From assembly GCA_008632985.1 (NCBI GenBank), contig QPGO01000012.1, forward strand, positions 806,001 through 858,376: a stretch of DNA of 52,376 nt, given 5' to 3'. Both the position numbers and the translations under genes were made by a program. Positions 11,676 to 22,639 of the stretch are shown here, in pieces. The number at the start of each line of letters is the position of its first letter. The first letter of the stretch is position 1. The notes under the pieces are model-generated. The model ran no database searches. It was given only the letters and a program-made list of their open reading frames with translations, and had not been told where the DNA came from. This stretch comes from Psammoneis japonica. Lineage: Eukaryota.

Positions 11676-13352
11676 TCATACATTTCGCATAACGTTGTCA
11701 CCCACGCCATTCGCGTCAAATTCTTCGCTCTCGTTGGGATTCTCACCGATATCCTGCAATTGCCGTTGCGACGGTGTTCGACGCCTCGTTGAATCGCTGG
11801 CTCGCCTACGGTTTAGGGCGTCCACGTATTCTTCCTTGACACTATCGTTGGAAAGATTCGTTCCACCGTGATAACTGATATCCAATCCCACCAACTCCTC
11901 CAACGAATCGGACCTAAACCATCCCTTGTAATTGAGCCAAACGAAAAAGGGAAACATAATTGCTGTGACCCAACCCACAATAAAGAGAATTCCACACGCT
12001 TGACAGGCAAGCAGCCTCGCGTCGGCGTTTCCCCGCCCCCACGAATAGAACCAACCGACGTGATCATCTCGTTCATAGGCCGCCAGCATGCGTGACGGTG
12101 ATGCAAAGAAACCCACCGCCAGGACGCCCCATGCGCCATTGGCCAAGTGTACGGGTATCGCATCGACCGCATCATCAATGCGCTTCTTGATGAGCATGTG
12201 GGACGTTGCCAGATACAAGAGACCGCCGAGTCCACCAATCACCACGGCCGCCCACGGCTCTACAACACCACAACCGGCAGTAATGGCAACAAGGCCACTG
12301 AGTGCCCCATTCATGGCCTTGAGCAAGTCAAAATGAGCCTCACCGTAAATTCGTTCCTTGATGATGAGATTGACCATGAGGGCTGTCACACAGCCCGATG
12401 CGGCCGATAGCGTTGTGGCGGTGCCAGCCACGGCGGCAACCTCTCCTTGATTGACAGTGGGACTCAGAGTGAGCGCCGAGCCAGAGTTGAAACCGTACCA
12501 ACCAAACCACAAAATGAAGGTACCCAACATCTGTGCGAATTACGAGAAACGAACGGAACTATGTGTAAGGACATTGAAGCTACACAAATCACAAGAAAAA
12601 AATCAAGAGAGAATACTTACTTGAAGAGCTGTAGAATGCCCTCGAATGGGCTTTGGCTTGGGCAGTGGGTTTCCACGATTGTCATAGAACCGTCCCTTTC
12701 TCGGACCCAACACAATCGTTGCAAAGATTGCTGCAATACCTCCGGTAATGTGAACCACACCGGAACCGGCAAAATCAATCATGCCGCTATCAAAAAGCAA
12801 GTTCACATTGGACGCACTCAGGAATCCATTGTGACTCCAAATGGAGTGTGCCACAACGGGATAGACAAATCCAGTCATGAGGACAGAGTAACAGAGGTAT
12901 GCTACCATTTGACATCGTTCCGCCAGCGTACCAGCCACAATGGTAGCAGACGTCGCTGCAAAGGCAAATTGAAAGACCCAAAAGGCTAAATTGTCAATTC
13001 CGTGCATGAAAAAGTTTTCATGACCGATAAACGTCGTCTTTGTGGAATCCTCTTGTCCGCCAAACGCAAAGGCATATCCGACAGAAAAGAATCCCAGCGC
13101 AGCTCCACAGGCATCGAGCAAGTTCTTCATCATTGTGTTTTGTACATTCTTGACTCGGACACTACCCGCACAAAGCATAGCAAAACCAGCTTGCATGAAA
13201 AACACAAGAGCTGCCGAGAGAATAAAGAACCATTGAGTATTGTTGTAGGTTTCAGTCGTAAAGGATGATTCGAGTGTCGTGGCTATGCATTCCAACACAG
13301 CCTCGCTCCCCAGAGAACCAACTTGGCTCTGGCAGTCTTCAAACACAGACAT
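11676..13352 (-). CDS. AMT: Ammonium transporter, AMT1 family; exons 13352-12621 and 12530-11676 (~528 aa)
   Basis: Motifs FFMQAGFAMLCAG, FQFAFAAT, DFAGSGVVH, LWFGWYGFN, IDDAVDAIPVH. Phase-0 90-bp intron GTAAGT...CAG at 12620-12531. Confidence 0.95.
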
Positions 13353-13372
13353 GTTTATTGCTTTTGTTGTTG

Positions 13373-13482
13373 AACAGAGTTGATACTACAGTACGCAAAT
13401 TCCAATCACTGGTGCTCTCTCGCCTCAATAGAGTCGATACTACAGTACGCAAATTCCAATCACAGTTTTGCTCTTTCGCCTC
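13373..13482. repeat. ~54-bp tandem duplication immediately upstream of the AMT start codon
   Basis: AA(C/T)AGAGT(T/C)GATACTACAGTACGCAAATTCCAATCAC...CGCCTC at 13373 and 13427. Confidence 0.85.
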
Positions 13483-14050
13483 CTTGCTTGCACTGACAAA
13501 CTGAATCATTGAAATGGCATGCGCGAACGGTTGTTCGTGAAAATGCAGGAGGGTCATAATTCATGACGACATCGTGGAGAAATCATGACCACAAATTTTG
13601 ATTCGTTATGTATGCAACCTTGCCGCATATTCCGCGATCATTGATTTTTATTCATAAATAAATAAAATTTTATTGAAGAAAGGTAATAAATAAAAAATGA
13701 CGGAGACAGAAATAACAATGTTCCAATAATGTCTTGGTACAACTTCATACAAAAATAGGTCGTAGAAACTCAATTTATTTCCGTTGACATTTTCAGCGAT
13801 CGCCGAAGAATCTTGTGTAGCTAGAAGTACAAGTAGTAGAATTTGTACTGAAAGAGTCTGTCAATCAGTGCGTTTGGGGGTTTTCGGACGTGTGGCGGCG
13901 CATCCAATTCCAAATTTTGGAATCACATGCGGTAGAAGCGTTGCCTTTCTGACACTTCATCACCTTTGGCAAAGCACCACAGCGGCCAAAGCAACAGCTT
14001 CCATTAGAAGGAACTCTGTGCCGATGAACCCATGCAGAGTTTGAGCTCCT

Positions 14051-15142
14051 TTGCTTTTTGACGTCTTTTTTTCTCGAGATCTGTTTCCCGCCAGCACTTT
14101 CTCAAATTTCTCCTTGTTCCAAAAAATGCAAGAGCCTTTTTTTCGCTTCAGCCTCAAGCTGCCACCTCCACGTCAAGTGCCATTCCTGTCATCAGGACAA
14201 GAAAAGGTGGATGCCGAAACAACGTGGAATGATTTCTTGGGGATTCTGGGTTCTCTTGTGCAAGCGGTCAAGCGAAAAGACAAGATTGCTCGATGCTCTT
14301 CATCTGCAGCACTGATTGTCGTGCTTGTGCTGAGCATTGTGTTTGCGGTGCAGACTTCAGCAAGGCACGATCATTTTGCATTGATGAGCATGATTGGGTG
14401 TGCCATTGCGCCCCTCGTTGCAGTCCACCTGATTGCTCTAGCAAGTGCCAAGGTCAAGTTGGCCCACTTGGAGCAATTTGAACAGTTTTGTGCAAACCAC
14501 CAATCCATGTTTCCCACTTACCACTTGGAATGCCGACTGCTGGGGATTGTTCAACAAAAGAGTCGTGCCGGCTGTCACTTGTGCTTTGTTCCACGTGACG
14601 ACAATGCGGGTCAATCTGTGACCATTCCTGGCACCGACCCGCAGCAAAATGGGCACTTTCATGTTCCAATTGCCAAGGAGCGACTCATGTGCTTTGGTCC
14701 ATGCCATGGATTTACACATCTGGTTTCGGACAACAATTGCTGCTTGCCAGCCAGTTTGGAATCTATGAGTGTTCACGATTGGAATGCTTTTTGGCTGAAA
14801 ATGGACAAGAATGAAAAAGACAACACCAACAACGGGGACAAGCACAATGTCACGAGTGCCTTGTTTTGGTCAAGCCTCCTTGTGACTTGGTTGTGGCAAT
14901 GGGACAGTTTGGTCCTTGACATTGTGATCTTTTCCACCATGGCTGCAAGTGCTTTGGCCATGTGCCACCGCAGAAATGAATCGGCAGTGCTTGCAACGGA
15001 ACGGCCCAACATTGTGGAGGGGTGTTTTGAAATTTTCAAATCCCAGAGAGTTTACATGGAGTGCTGCCAAGTGACAACGTCTCATGCCCATTTTGGTGGA
15101 TTGGGACACAAGCACCTTTGCTTTTGTCGAATGCGTGTTTGA
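14051..15142 (+). pseudogene. TA-depleted membrane-protein gene (two pairs of TM helices), probably inactivated
   Basis: 363-aa ORF with hydrophobic hairpins, only 2 Tyr and many Cys/His (RAGCHLCFVP, HKHLCFCR). No transposon motif recognised; start uncertain. Confidence 0.5.
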
Positions 15143-15878
15143 AGGGTTCATACCTTTGATGCCTGCTGCAGTGTCGGAGGAAGAGTGCACGGTTCTATAG
15201 AGAGACTGCCCGCCCGTAGCCACCGGCATGCTATTGTAGTGTGCTGCACCACAAGAAAGAAGCTCAGAAGATGAGAACGACTGTCTTACTGCGCATGGTC
15301 ATGGTCATGATTTGCATTCGCTTGATTGTGAGTAATGTGCGGTTTTGTAGCATAGAAAGTGAAATGCAGCAGCGACTTCGTAAACACATGTTACATTTTA
15401 AATCAACAAGTCAGTGTGTCTTGTTATACAGCTCGCATGTGTGTACTCGTTAGTTTTCAGCAATGAGTAGATGAAATGTGCCTGCACGAACAAGTGGCGC
15501 TGCCTTGACCATCTGACGTTTGGCCAACGTGAGCAGGTAGGAACCCTGTTAGAACCTCAAAACCCACTGGTCAAAAAGGAACGTTGCCGAAGAATCGGAA
15601 TGATGCTCTGTGCGAGGTCAAAAATCGAAATTGCCACAAGATTGGACGAGACGGAGCGGGCGCTCGTTAAGCTTGTTCTGAATATTGTAATCCTCCTTGT
15701 CGTGACTAGGCTGATGTCTCCCTTTGATGCCTACGATGATACTCATTCAAGAACCATTTTGTTAATACGCTGCACACACACCGTATTATGCAGCATTTCT
15801 TATAGCACTCATTCGGCCCTAGAAGTCTCTGCTATCTCTGGCCGTGTACCACGATTTCCTCTCCCTTATGTCACATAA

Positions 15879-17657
15879 TCAATGCGTTGCACCACTGGTC
15901 GACTCAACGGCCTTTCGCTTTCTGCTACGCGGTTGGCTTGGTTTTCCAATTCGTTTCTGATATCGCTGCGTAAAGAGCGTCGCCTGATGCTTTTGCAAAT
16001 ATCGAACCAAATCGTGAAGCTTACTCAAGATTGGCCGGACTTCTTTTCGACTTGACAACACCAACATCTCCATGAGCTGCGGCAATTGAACCAAAAGACG
16101 CAACAAGAATTCACACCCGTACACTTGACAAGGACGAAGCGGTTCGATCTCCTTCGATGCCGTGTTGGCTATAGCTTCCGTGCTACTTTTTGTAGCATCA
16201 GTGTCCTCCTTTAAAGCAGCATTGTACACGGGCGCCGCCTCCTTCTGTGCCATATCTTTAGAAGCTACATTGTCCGCGGGAGCCGACTCCTTTGCCCAAT
16301 CGTTTGAAGCGTCATTGTACTGGGTGGGAGCCAATGAGGCGGGATCAGCCTCATTCGCAGACTCGCCCCCACCAGCAGCAGTGGCAGCTCCTTGAACAGA
16401 TGATGCCGCTGCAAAATAATCAAAATCATGTTGTTGCTCTTTCTCTTGGGAATACAAGAGACGAAAGGCTAAAGCTTGATCAAACAAGAGACATATTCCG
16501 TCCACCATGTCGGTCCATTCCGTTATTTTGGCTTGGGTTTCGTCACAAGTCTCGTTTTGCATAGCCGTCTGTTTCTCTGACGAGTCTTGGGTTTGCTTCG
16601 AGACTTTTTGCACGGCAACCCGCTTTTCGGTAGAGGCGATGGTTTGAGCCGCGTCTTTTTGCGGCGCTGTCGTTTTCTCTGAGGAGTCTTGGGTTTGCGC
16701 CGAGTCTTGCGGGACCTTTGCACTCTTCTGTTTGTAATTGGAGAGTTTGACTTTTAGATATTCTTGCAAGGCTTGATAGACGGACATCTCGGCTGGTAAT
16801 TTGTGCACCATGTTGCATTGTGTAACGATTTCCCATTCTTCCACCATTATTTTCTTGAGAGCAAAAGGCAAGACGATATTGTACTCGTGATTGCTATTGT
16901 TGCGCGACGTTAGCTGAGATGATCGGTACAATTCCTTTTCCCGAGCAAAATTGACTTTTTGCTGCCTTGTTTCTTGAGTTGAATCTACCGTGCCATCTTC
17001 GTTTTTCTTGGAAAGTTCTTGCATGCGCTTTTTGAATTCCAACATGACTTTTTGCTTGTCTCGTGTCTTTTTCTTGGCCTGTTTGATTTCGTACTCGAGC
17101 TGTTGTGCGAGCCGTGTTGTTTCCTCTGTAATTTCAAACAACGAGTCTTGATCCACCCAGCGATCCCACTTGACATTCCATCCCAAGTAATGCACAAAAT
17201 AATGCCAAGTTGGAGTAGGTTCTTGAACAACGTTCGTAACAGGTTCGCCGGGAAGAATCTTGATTTGCTTTGGAGGAGCTGTGCCATACAATTTTCTACG
17301 AATCACAGCCTTGTACAGGATTCCTGAGCCTGACTCATCACGTGCATAGACTCGAGCAAGGGGTGCGTCGAACTTTGGCGGTGGAATCGCGTCTTGTTGT
17401 TGCTCCTGTTCTGAGGCATTGTTCTCTTCGTCACGATTTGGTGCTTGGGTGGGCTGCTCTTGTTGTTTATCTTCGTTGAGCAGCGTACTCCCATCATCGC
17501 CATTGCCCGGTATACGCTCGTCTGTATCCATAGCTACAGATTGATGTCCGATATGCTGAGCCTGTCGGGAGACACCGCTGCTCATTGCCGCTTCACTCGC
17601 CATGGTGTTAAAAGATATTTGCAGACAAATCTCAGAAAAATATGTGGGAGAAATCAT
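15879..17657 (-). CDS. MRG15/EAF3-family chromatin protein (chromo-barrel + MRG domain); start may be ATG at 17603
   Basis: HYFVHYLGWNVKWDRWV (chromo-barrel); LPFALKKIMVEEWE, LLFDQALAFRLLY..E..Q, VYGCEFLLRLLVQLP (MRG domain). Confidence 0.9.
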   Translation of the reverse strand: MISPTYFSEICLQISFNTMASEAAMSSGVSRQAQHIGHQSVAMDTDERIPGNGDDGSTLLNEDKQQEQPTQAPNRDEENNASEQEQQQDAIPPPKFDAPLARVYARDESGSGILYKAVIRRKLYGTAPPKQIKILPGEPVTNVVQEPTPTWHYFVHYLGWNVKWDRWVDQDSLFEITEETTRLAQQLEYEIKQAKKKTRDKQKVMLEFKKRMQELSKKNEDGTVDSTQETRQQKVNFAREKELYRSSQLTSRNNSNHEYNIVLPFALKKIMVEEWEIVTQCNMVHKLPAEMSVYQALQEYLKVKLSNYKQKSAKVPQDSAQTQDSSEKTTAPQKDAAQTIASTEKRVAVQKVSKQTQDSSEKQTAMQNETCDETQAKITEWTDMVDGICLLFDQALAFRLLYSQEKEQQHDFDYFAAASSVQGAATAAGGGESANEADPASLAPTQYNDASNDWAKESAPADNVASKDMAQKEAAPVYNAALKEDTDATKSSTEAIANTASKEIEPLRPCQVYGCEFLLRLLVQLPQLMEMLVLSSRKEVRPILSKLHDLVRYLQKHQATLFTQRYQKRIGKPSQPRSRKRKAVESTSGATH

Positions 17658-18348
17658 AGGGGGAGCTGCGGCGCGCCCCCCCGCGCCCCAAACTGCTGGC
17701 CGCGTGTTGGCTCTTCATCTCATTTCTCCTCCTCTCTACTCTAGAGAGAGTATGATAGAGCACGGTAGCTAGAGTAGAGAGAGAGTCTAGGGCCTAGATC
17801 TTAGGGGTGGTCGGTTGCTACTTTTTTTAGCTCGAATTCGGCCGAATGGCTTGTGTTTTGCATTGTTTTTCCTGAATTTCACCGTGCTTCACCGTGGTGA
17901 AAACAACAAACCATGTGAGTCTGTGACGGAGGTGGCCCGTCTGCCAACTCTCATTTGTTTTGTGTTTGTCACGTGTCAAAGATTGCACACACATGAAAAG
18001 TTGGTAGACGGCAAACTGTGTTTTTGAGAAATGTTGATGATTGTCATCATCGTCGTGCTTTGATCGTGGTGTTGATGGTTCTCATTTTCGTGCGCGACTG
18101 CTCGGGTGTGACTGCGAATGATTGTTGTTGAGAAAGTGGACATCATGTGGTTGATGCAGTCACGTGAATGAGGGGTGGTTGTTGTGTGCAGTTTTCGCGC
18201 ACTGTGCACATGAGATCCGAGTTGATTCTGGCGCCGTTGTCAGCATGTTGCTGGGTTTTTGTTGTCTTCCAGGCGTGGTGTCGGTGGTCTCTGTGAGCAG
18301 CAGGTTGGCAATCGTTCCGCATGAGTGGTCTGGCCCAAGTGGGGTCAC

Positions 18349-19580
18349 TCAGTGTTTGCAAAGGGATGGGCCAGCTCCATCCTCCCATTGAGGACGTCTT
18401 GAGCTGATCTGGGAAAAAGGGATGTGTGATCCCCTGAGGCAACAGTGAGTTGCCCGCACCAAAGTGATGCTCATTCTCACGTTGACACAGCCGCACACCT
18501 CTGAATGTGGCTTTTGCCATTTCTCAGCCAGTTTTGCAGAGATTCTGCATGGCACTGCTTTGGCTTCCTTGCCAAACAGTCCATTGCATGATGCGACAAA
18601 GGGAGCAAAGTGGCGGCATTGCTCAAGGCAGGGCTTGAGGCACTTGTGCTTTTTCTCTCGTTCGTGTTGTTCCAGAACTTCTTCCGGTGTCTTGGACAGG
18701 TGCGACTTCGCATCCATGTCCAGAATGCAAACATCCATGATGGTGTCTGTCCTTTTGTCCCAAAATCCTTTGGATGAAAGATCTCCGCGATCGCCATCCT
18801 TGGACAAGTTGGAGTTTGTGTTGCCTTGGGAGTTGTTGGAGGAGCCCTGGGCTTCCTGAGATGTGACCAACAGGGTTAATGAGGGGTTCATCGCGCACGC
18901 AGGAGGGCTTGAAGGCCGCTCCAATTAGGTCACCAAGGTCATCACGCACATCGTCGTGTCGTGAGATGACTGGGCCGCCCTTTTTGCACTGTGGGGCATG
19001 GGCGATGGAGAATTTGCAGGCACATCCATTGCAGTGCTCCAGGAGGTTGGGGGGGGGTGCAGCCATGTTGCAGATGGAGCGCACAACGGAATTCTAGACA
19101 AGAGAGTTCCGTGCCATTTGTGATTGATGGGCACACCAACAGGCATGCTCCAGCACTGGTGCTGCACTTGACAGCTCTGGCTTTGAGGTTGGTTAGAGTC
19201 CTGAGGATCATCTTGAGTTTCTCCTCGTGCATCTTGGCTTTCCCATTGGCTGCTTCTTCTTTCACTTCATGCATGGTGTCCTTGTGGACTGCTGAAGAGA
19301 AATCTGAGTGGCCGTGGAGTGAGTCTGTCACGTGAGAGCACGTGAGAGCACTTGCTTCACAGTTTTGGGATGCAGACTCTGTTGGATGAGGGATGGATGG
19401 TCCTGCAAATTTGATTGGGAGGGCAGACAGGGCCAGTCTCAGATCGTCGTCAGCCAAGGTCTTGCCAATTGGTGCTGGAAGAATTGGCGCTGGATCACAC
19501 TCTCCACTTCTGCAAAGGATTCGCCGCAGTCCTTTGCTGCACATTGGACACATTGCCACTGGTGTTGCAGGGACTTTTGA
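18349..19580 (-). mobile_element. 3' part of a CRE-like non-LTR retrotransposon (zinc knuckle + restriction-like endonuclease), decayed
   Basis: CNGCACKFSIAHAPQCKKGGPVISRHDDVRD; DRGDL...GFW...DV...EREKKHKC...HFAPFVAS...G; preceded by LSALPIKFAGPSI (RT thumb-like). Confidence 0.8.
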
Positions 19581-19689
19581 AGACTAGCGCAGGCGGTCTG
19601 CGGGTGGTCGTGTGCGTCCGTCTCTCCGACGAAGCCTCTTGCATTCAAAAACAAACACTGCAAAAAACTTGTTCAAATGCAATGGCAAT

Positions 19690-20264
19690 TTTAGGGTGAA
19701 CGCGGGGATGACCCCCCTCAGACTGTTGGGAGCACACATTGAGGCTGGATTGTTGTTTTGCACTGTTTTTTTAAATGGCTCATGATTTTCGAATTTCCCC
19801 GCACTTCGCCCATGTCATTTTGCGATGCCTCTGAGCACCCCCAAACACATGTGAGTGTGTCCAGCCCCCCATCAGAGCCATCAGACCTTTGCAGCATGTG
19901 AGCTGCACTTGTCAACCTTCAAACACCAATCATCTGCTTTGGTGCAGTTGTTGCATTCGATCAAGCGCCATTTTTTGCCAAAATCAGATTGCTCACAGCA
20001 GACAAGCCATGACTTTCCAGGAAATGTTGATGATTGGCATTTGACCGGCTGCAGACATGTCTGCACAGTTGTCAAGCTGCAAATCATGCATGGTCGCAAC
20101 CGTCTCATGTGCATTCTGTGTTGTCTTGCAAACAGACAAAGTTCGACCTCCTGTCGCTGAATTTTTGTTTGGCGAACGTGCGCATCGTTGGTGCAAGAAA
20201 TCTGGGTTGTTTTTAAATGTTTACGAGCTCTAAATAAAATCAACCGCAAAATGATGATCCATCC
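19690..20264. mobile_element. Remnant related to the 30632-31131 element; right end GATCCATCC followed by TTAA
   Basis: 19790-19855 resembles the reverse complement of ~31030-31095; terminus GATCCATCC|TTAA at 20256-20268. Left end not found. Confidence 0.45.
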
Positions 20265-22204
20265 TTAAAATGCACACTGACACATCCGCTGAATGCAGGC
20301 GGTGCAGCCCTCTGTTGGCTGGCAAAAAAATGCCCCTTTTCACATGAAACAAGCGGTCCCAACAACTTGCAATGCCCTTTTCGAATGTTGCAAGACAAAT
20401 GGTTTCAAATGTGATGGTGTGGGCACATGCAGAAATGTCTTGTGCATGCACCCATGCATTCGAAACTGAGGACGGACCAAGTTGTTGATCGCCAAATTGT
20501 TCCGTAAGATGAGAGCTCTGTTTTCTGATGAGTGATTCATCAATGTGCTCTCATGTGTGTAGAAACAATGCAAATTAATCTTCTCATGTACAAAAGGGCT
20601 CTTTGATGCAACTCTCAATGGGCTGAATGAAACATGCGTTGACTGACAAGTTTGAGAAGGCCTGAGAAGACGTGAAGTTCAGCCCATGCAATGGCATCAT
20701 CTTTGCACCCTTTTTCATTGTTTTGCCGGCATGAATGACTGACACACTTGCGTCATTCGACACAATGGAGGAAATGCACATGGAGGTGGAGCAGAAATGC
20801 TCCTTGGCAGCAAATTTTGAGTGAGTTGAGGCTCAGTTGTTGTTGCTGACAGATGCAGTCTTCTTGTGCCATGCTGCAGCCAGCAACAAGCATTTTCATT
20901 GTTGTGACAGATGACACAGACTGTGTCAAATGCTGTGGTCCTTGTCATGACATTCAAATTTCCATGGGGTTGAAAAAAACAGGCCGTCTTGGTTGCTGAA
21001 AGCCATGGCCATCTTGGCTCTGCTGGTTGGTTCAAATTTATGTTTTAACTCACATTTGACAAATGTCTTTGATGTTGAATGAAGCACAAAACATTTGTTT
21101 TTTGTGCAAAAAGGGGCACGCACATGCCACCCAAGTCTGGAACAAGTCCTGGCCAACCAATGGAGATGAAAGGGCCACAATGTTTTGGCTGCAAGATGAA
21201 AGGACTGTCTTGGTCACAACTGGCACCAAACAAGTGCAGGATGTTTTCCTTTCATCTGAGGAAATCTGGGGCAGTGAGAAAAGCCCCATGACCCAAAACC
21301 CCGCTCATGCTCACATCTTGATTTCTCCCCTCATTGGCTGGTTGAATGAAGGAAACAATGAAACTTTCCTCTTTTGTTTTGTTGCACAATGTGCGCCAGA
21401 TTTGCCACACCAACTTGAGCTTTTGTGGGCTTCTTTGGAGCAGATGGTGTGCTTGAAGAGACCACCATGGAAGCACATCTTTTTGCCCTTGAGAAAGTGC
21501 CCCCCAATGGTGTCTGCCTCACTCGTTGAGCACAGTGCACAAAAAAAGGTGTTTCAGCAGCCACAGGCTCTGGACAAATCAACAGCCAGATGGGAGGATC
21601 ATGACAGTTGCAACCACACATTGAAACATCAATCAATTTTTCCTTGTCTCATTTCCTTGTCTTTCCTTGTCCAAGGAAATTCAGAGTGAAAACAAGGAAT
21701 TCCCTGTGATCAAAAACCCCAAAATGATGCATTGATTTCACACACAAAATGACTCCATCTGTGGTGTCGCTGTCAAATTTGCACTGTAAAACTGTTTGCA
21801 TTTCCACTTGCCATCACAGAAATGGACTTGTTGTCACAAGATTCTGCACAAGTTCCAGTTCATTTGCCACACAGTTTATGAAGAGCCACCCCCCACGCAG
21901 CTGGACGATTGCCCAGTGTGGGCAAGACAAAGGTGTGAGCGCCACAGGCTCAGACATGCAAGTGCCACAGTCCAGCACAAAAATTCCACGTGGAAGCAAG
22001 GGATGTTGCCCATCCGTCATCAGCGAAGTGTCCATTTTGGAATTGTTGCTCCATTGTTCTGCACTGTGCACACAAGACTGGCCACATAAAAAGGTGCTAA
22101 CGCGTGCTCTCGAGCTCTCAAAATTTGTTTCGAGAAAATGGCACTTGCAACATTTTTGAGTGACATGACACAATGCAAGTGCACACACAAAACATCACAT
22201 GAAG

Positions 22205-22596
22205 GACGCGTTCCAGCCCTAGGTGGGACTCCTTGTGACATTGGGCCCGTAGAATTCTACGTGCGAGCTCCGTAGTACGAGAATTTAATTAATGGACACA
22301 TTTGTCATCAACATCAAATAAACGCCCAAGTTTGTGGTACAATTATGCCTCTTACCACTCGACGTTTTTGCAACTTCGCCTGCCCTACGCGATTCTTAGG
22401 ACATTATAGAATCGCGCTGTAACAAAAAATGTCAAAAGTTGTTGGACGGATCGCTCAATAAGTGTGTACCGTAAAATGACACAAAATATCGAAAAAATCA
22501 CGTAGAAATCTACGTGCGCGACATACGACGAGACTCAAAAAACTATCGATGTCACAGTTCAGTAGTACGAGGTCCCACCTAGACCTGGAACGCGTC
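22205..22596 (+). mobile_element. MITE (second subfamily), TIR GACGCGTTCCAG, TSD GAAG, largely unmutated
   Basis: Perfect TIRs, GAAG duplicated; reverse complement of 29624-30013. Confidence 0.93.
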
Positions 22597-22639
22597 GAAG
22601 TTCATGTGCACATGAGGATTGCCATCAATTTTTATTTGC

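Noticed and set aside
15241..15878. Plus-strand ORFs between the mutated gene and MRG
   Set aside because: No recognisable motif; probably 3' UTR or intergenic.
15879..17657. MRG gene as the cause of the hypermutation
   Set aside because: It is an ordinary conserved chromatin reader with no deaminase domain; proximity alone is not evidence. No candidate mutator enzyme is visible in this window.
20270..22200. Possible coding remnants (ORFs 21063..21689, 21814..22188)
   Set aside because: TA- and CG-depleted with no motif I can recognise; left unannotated.
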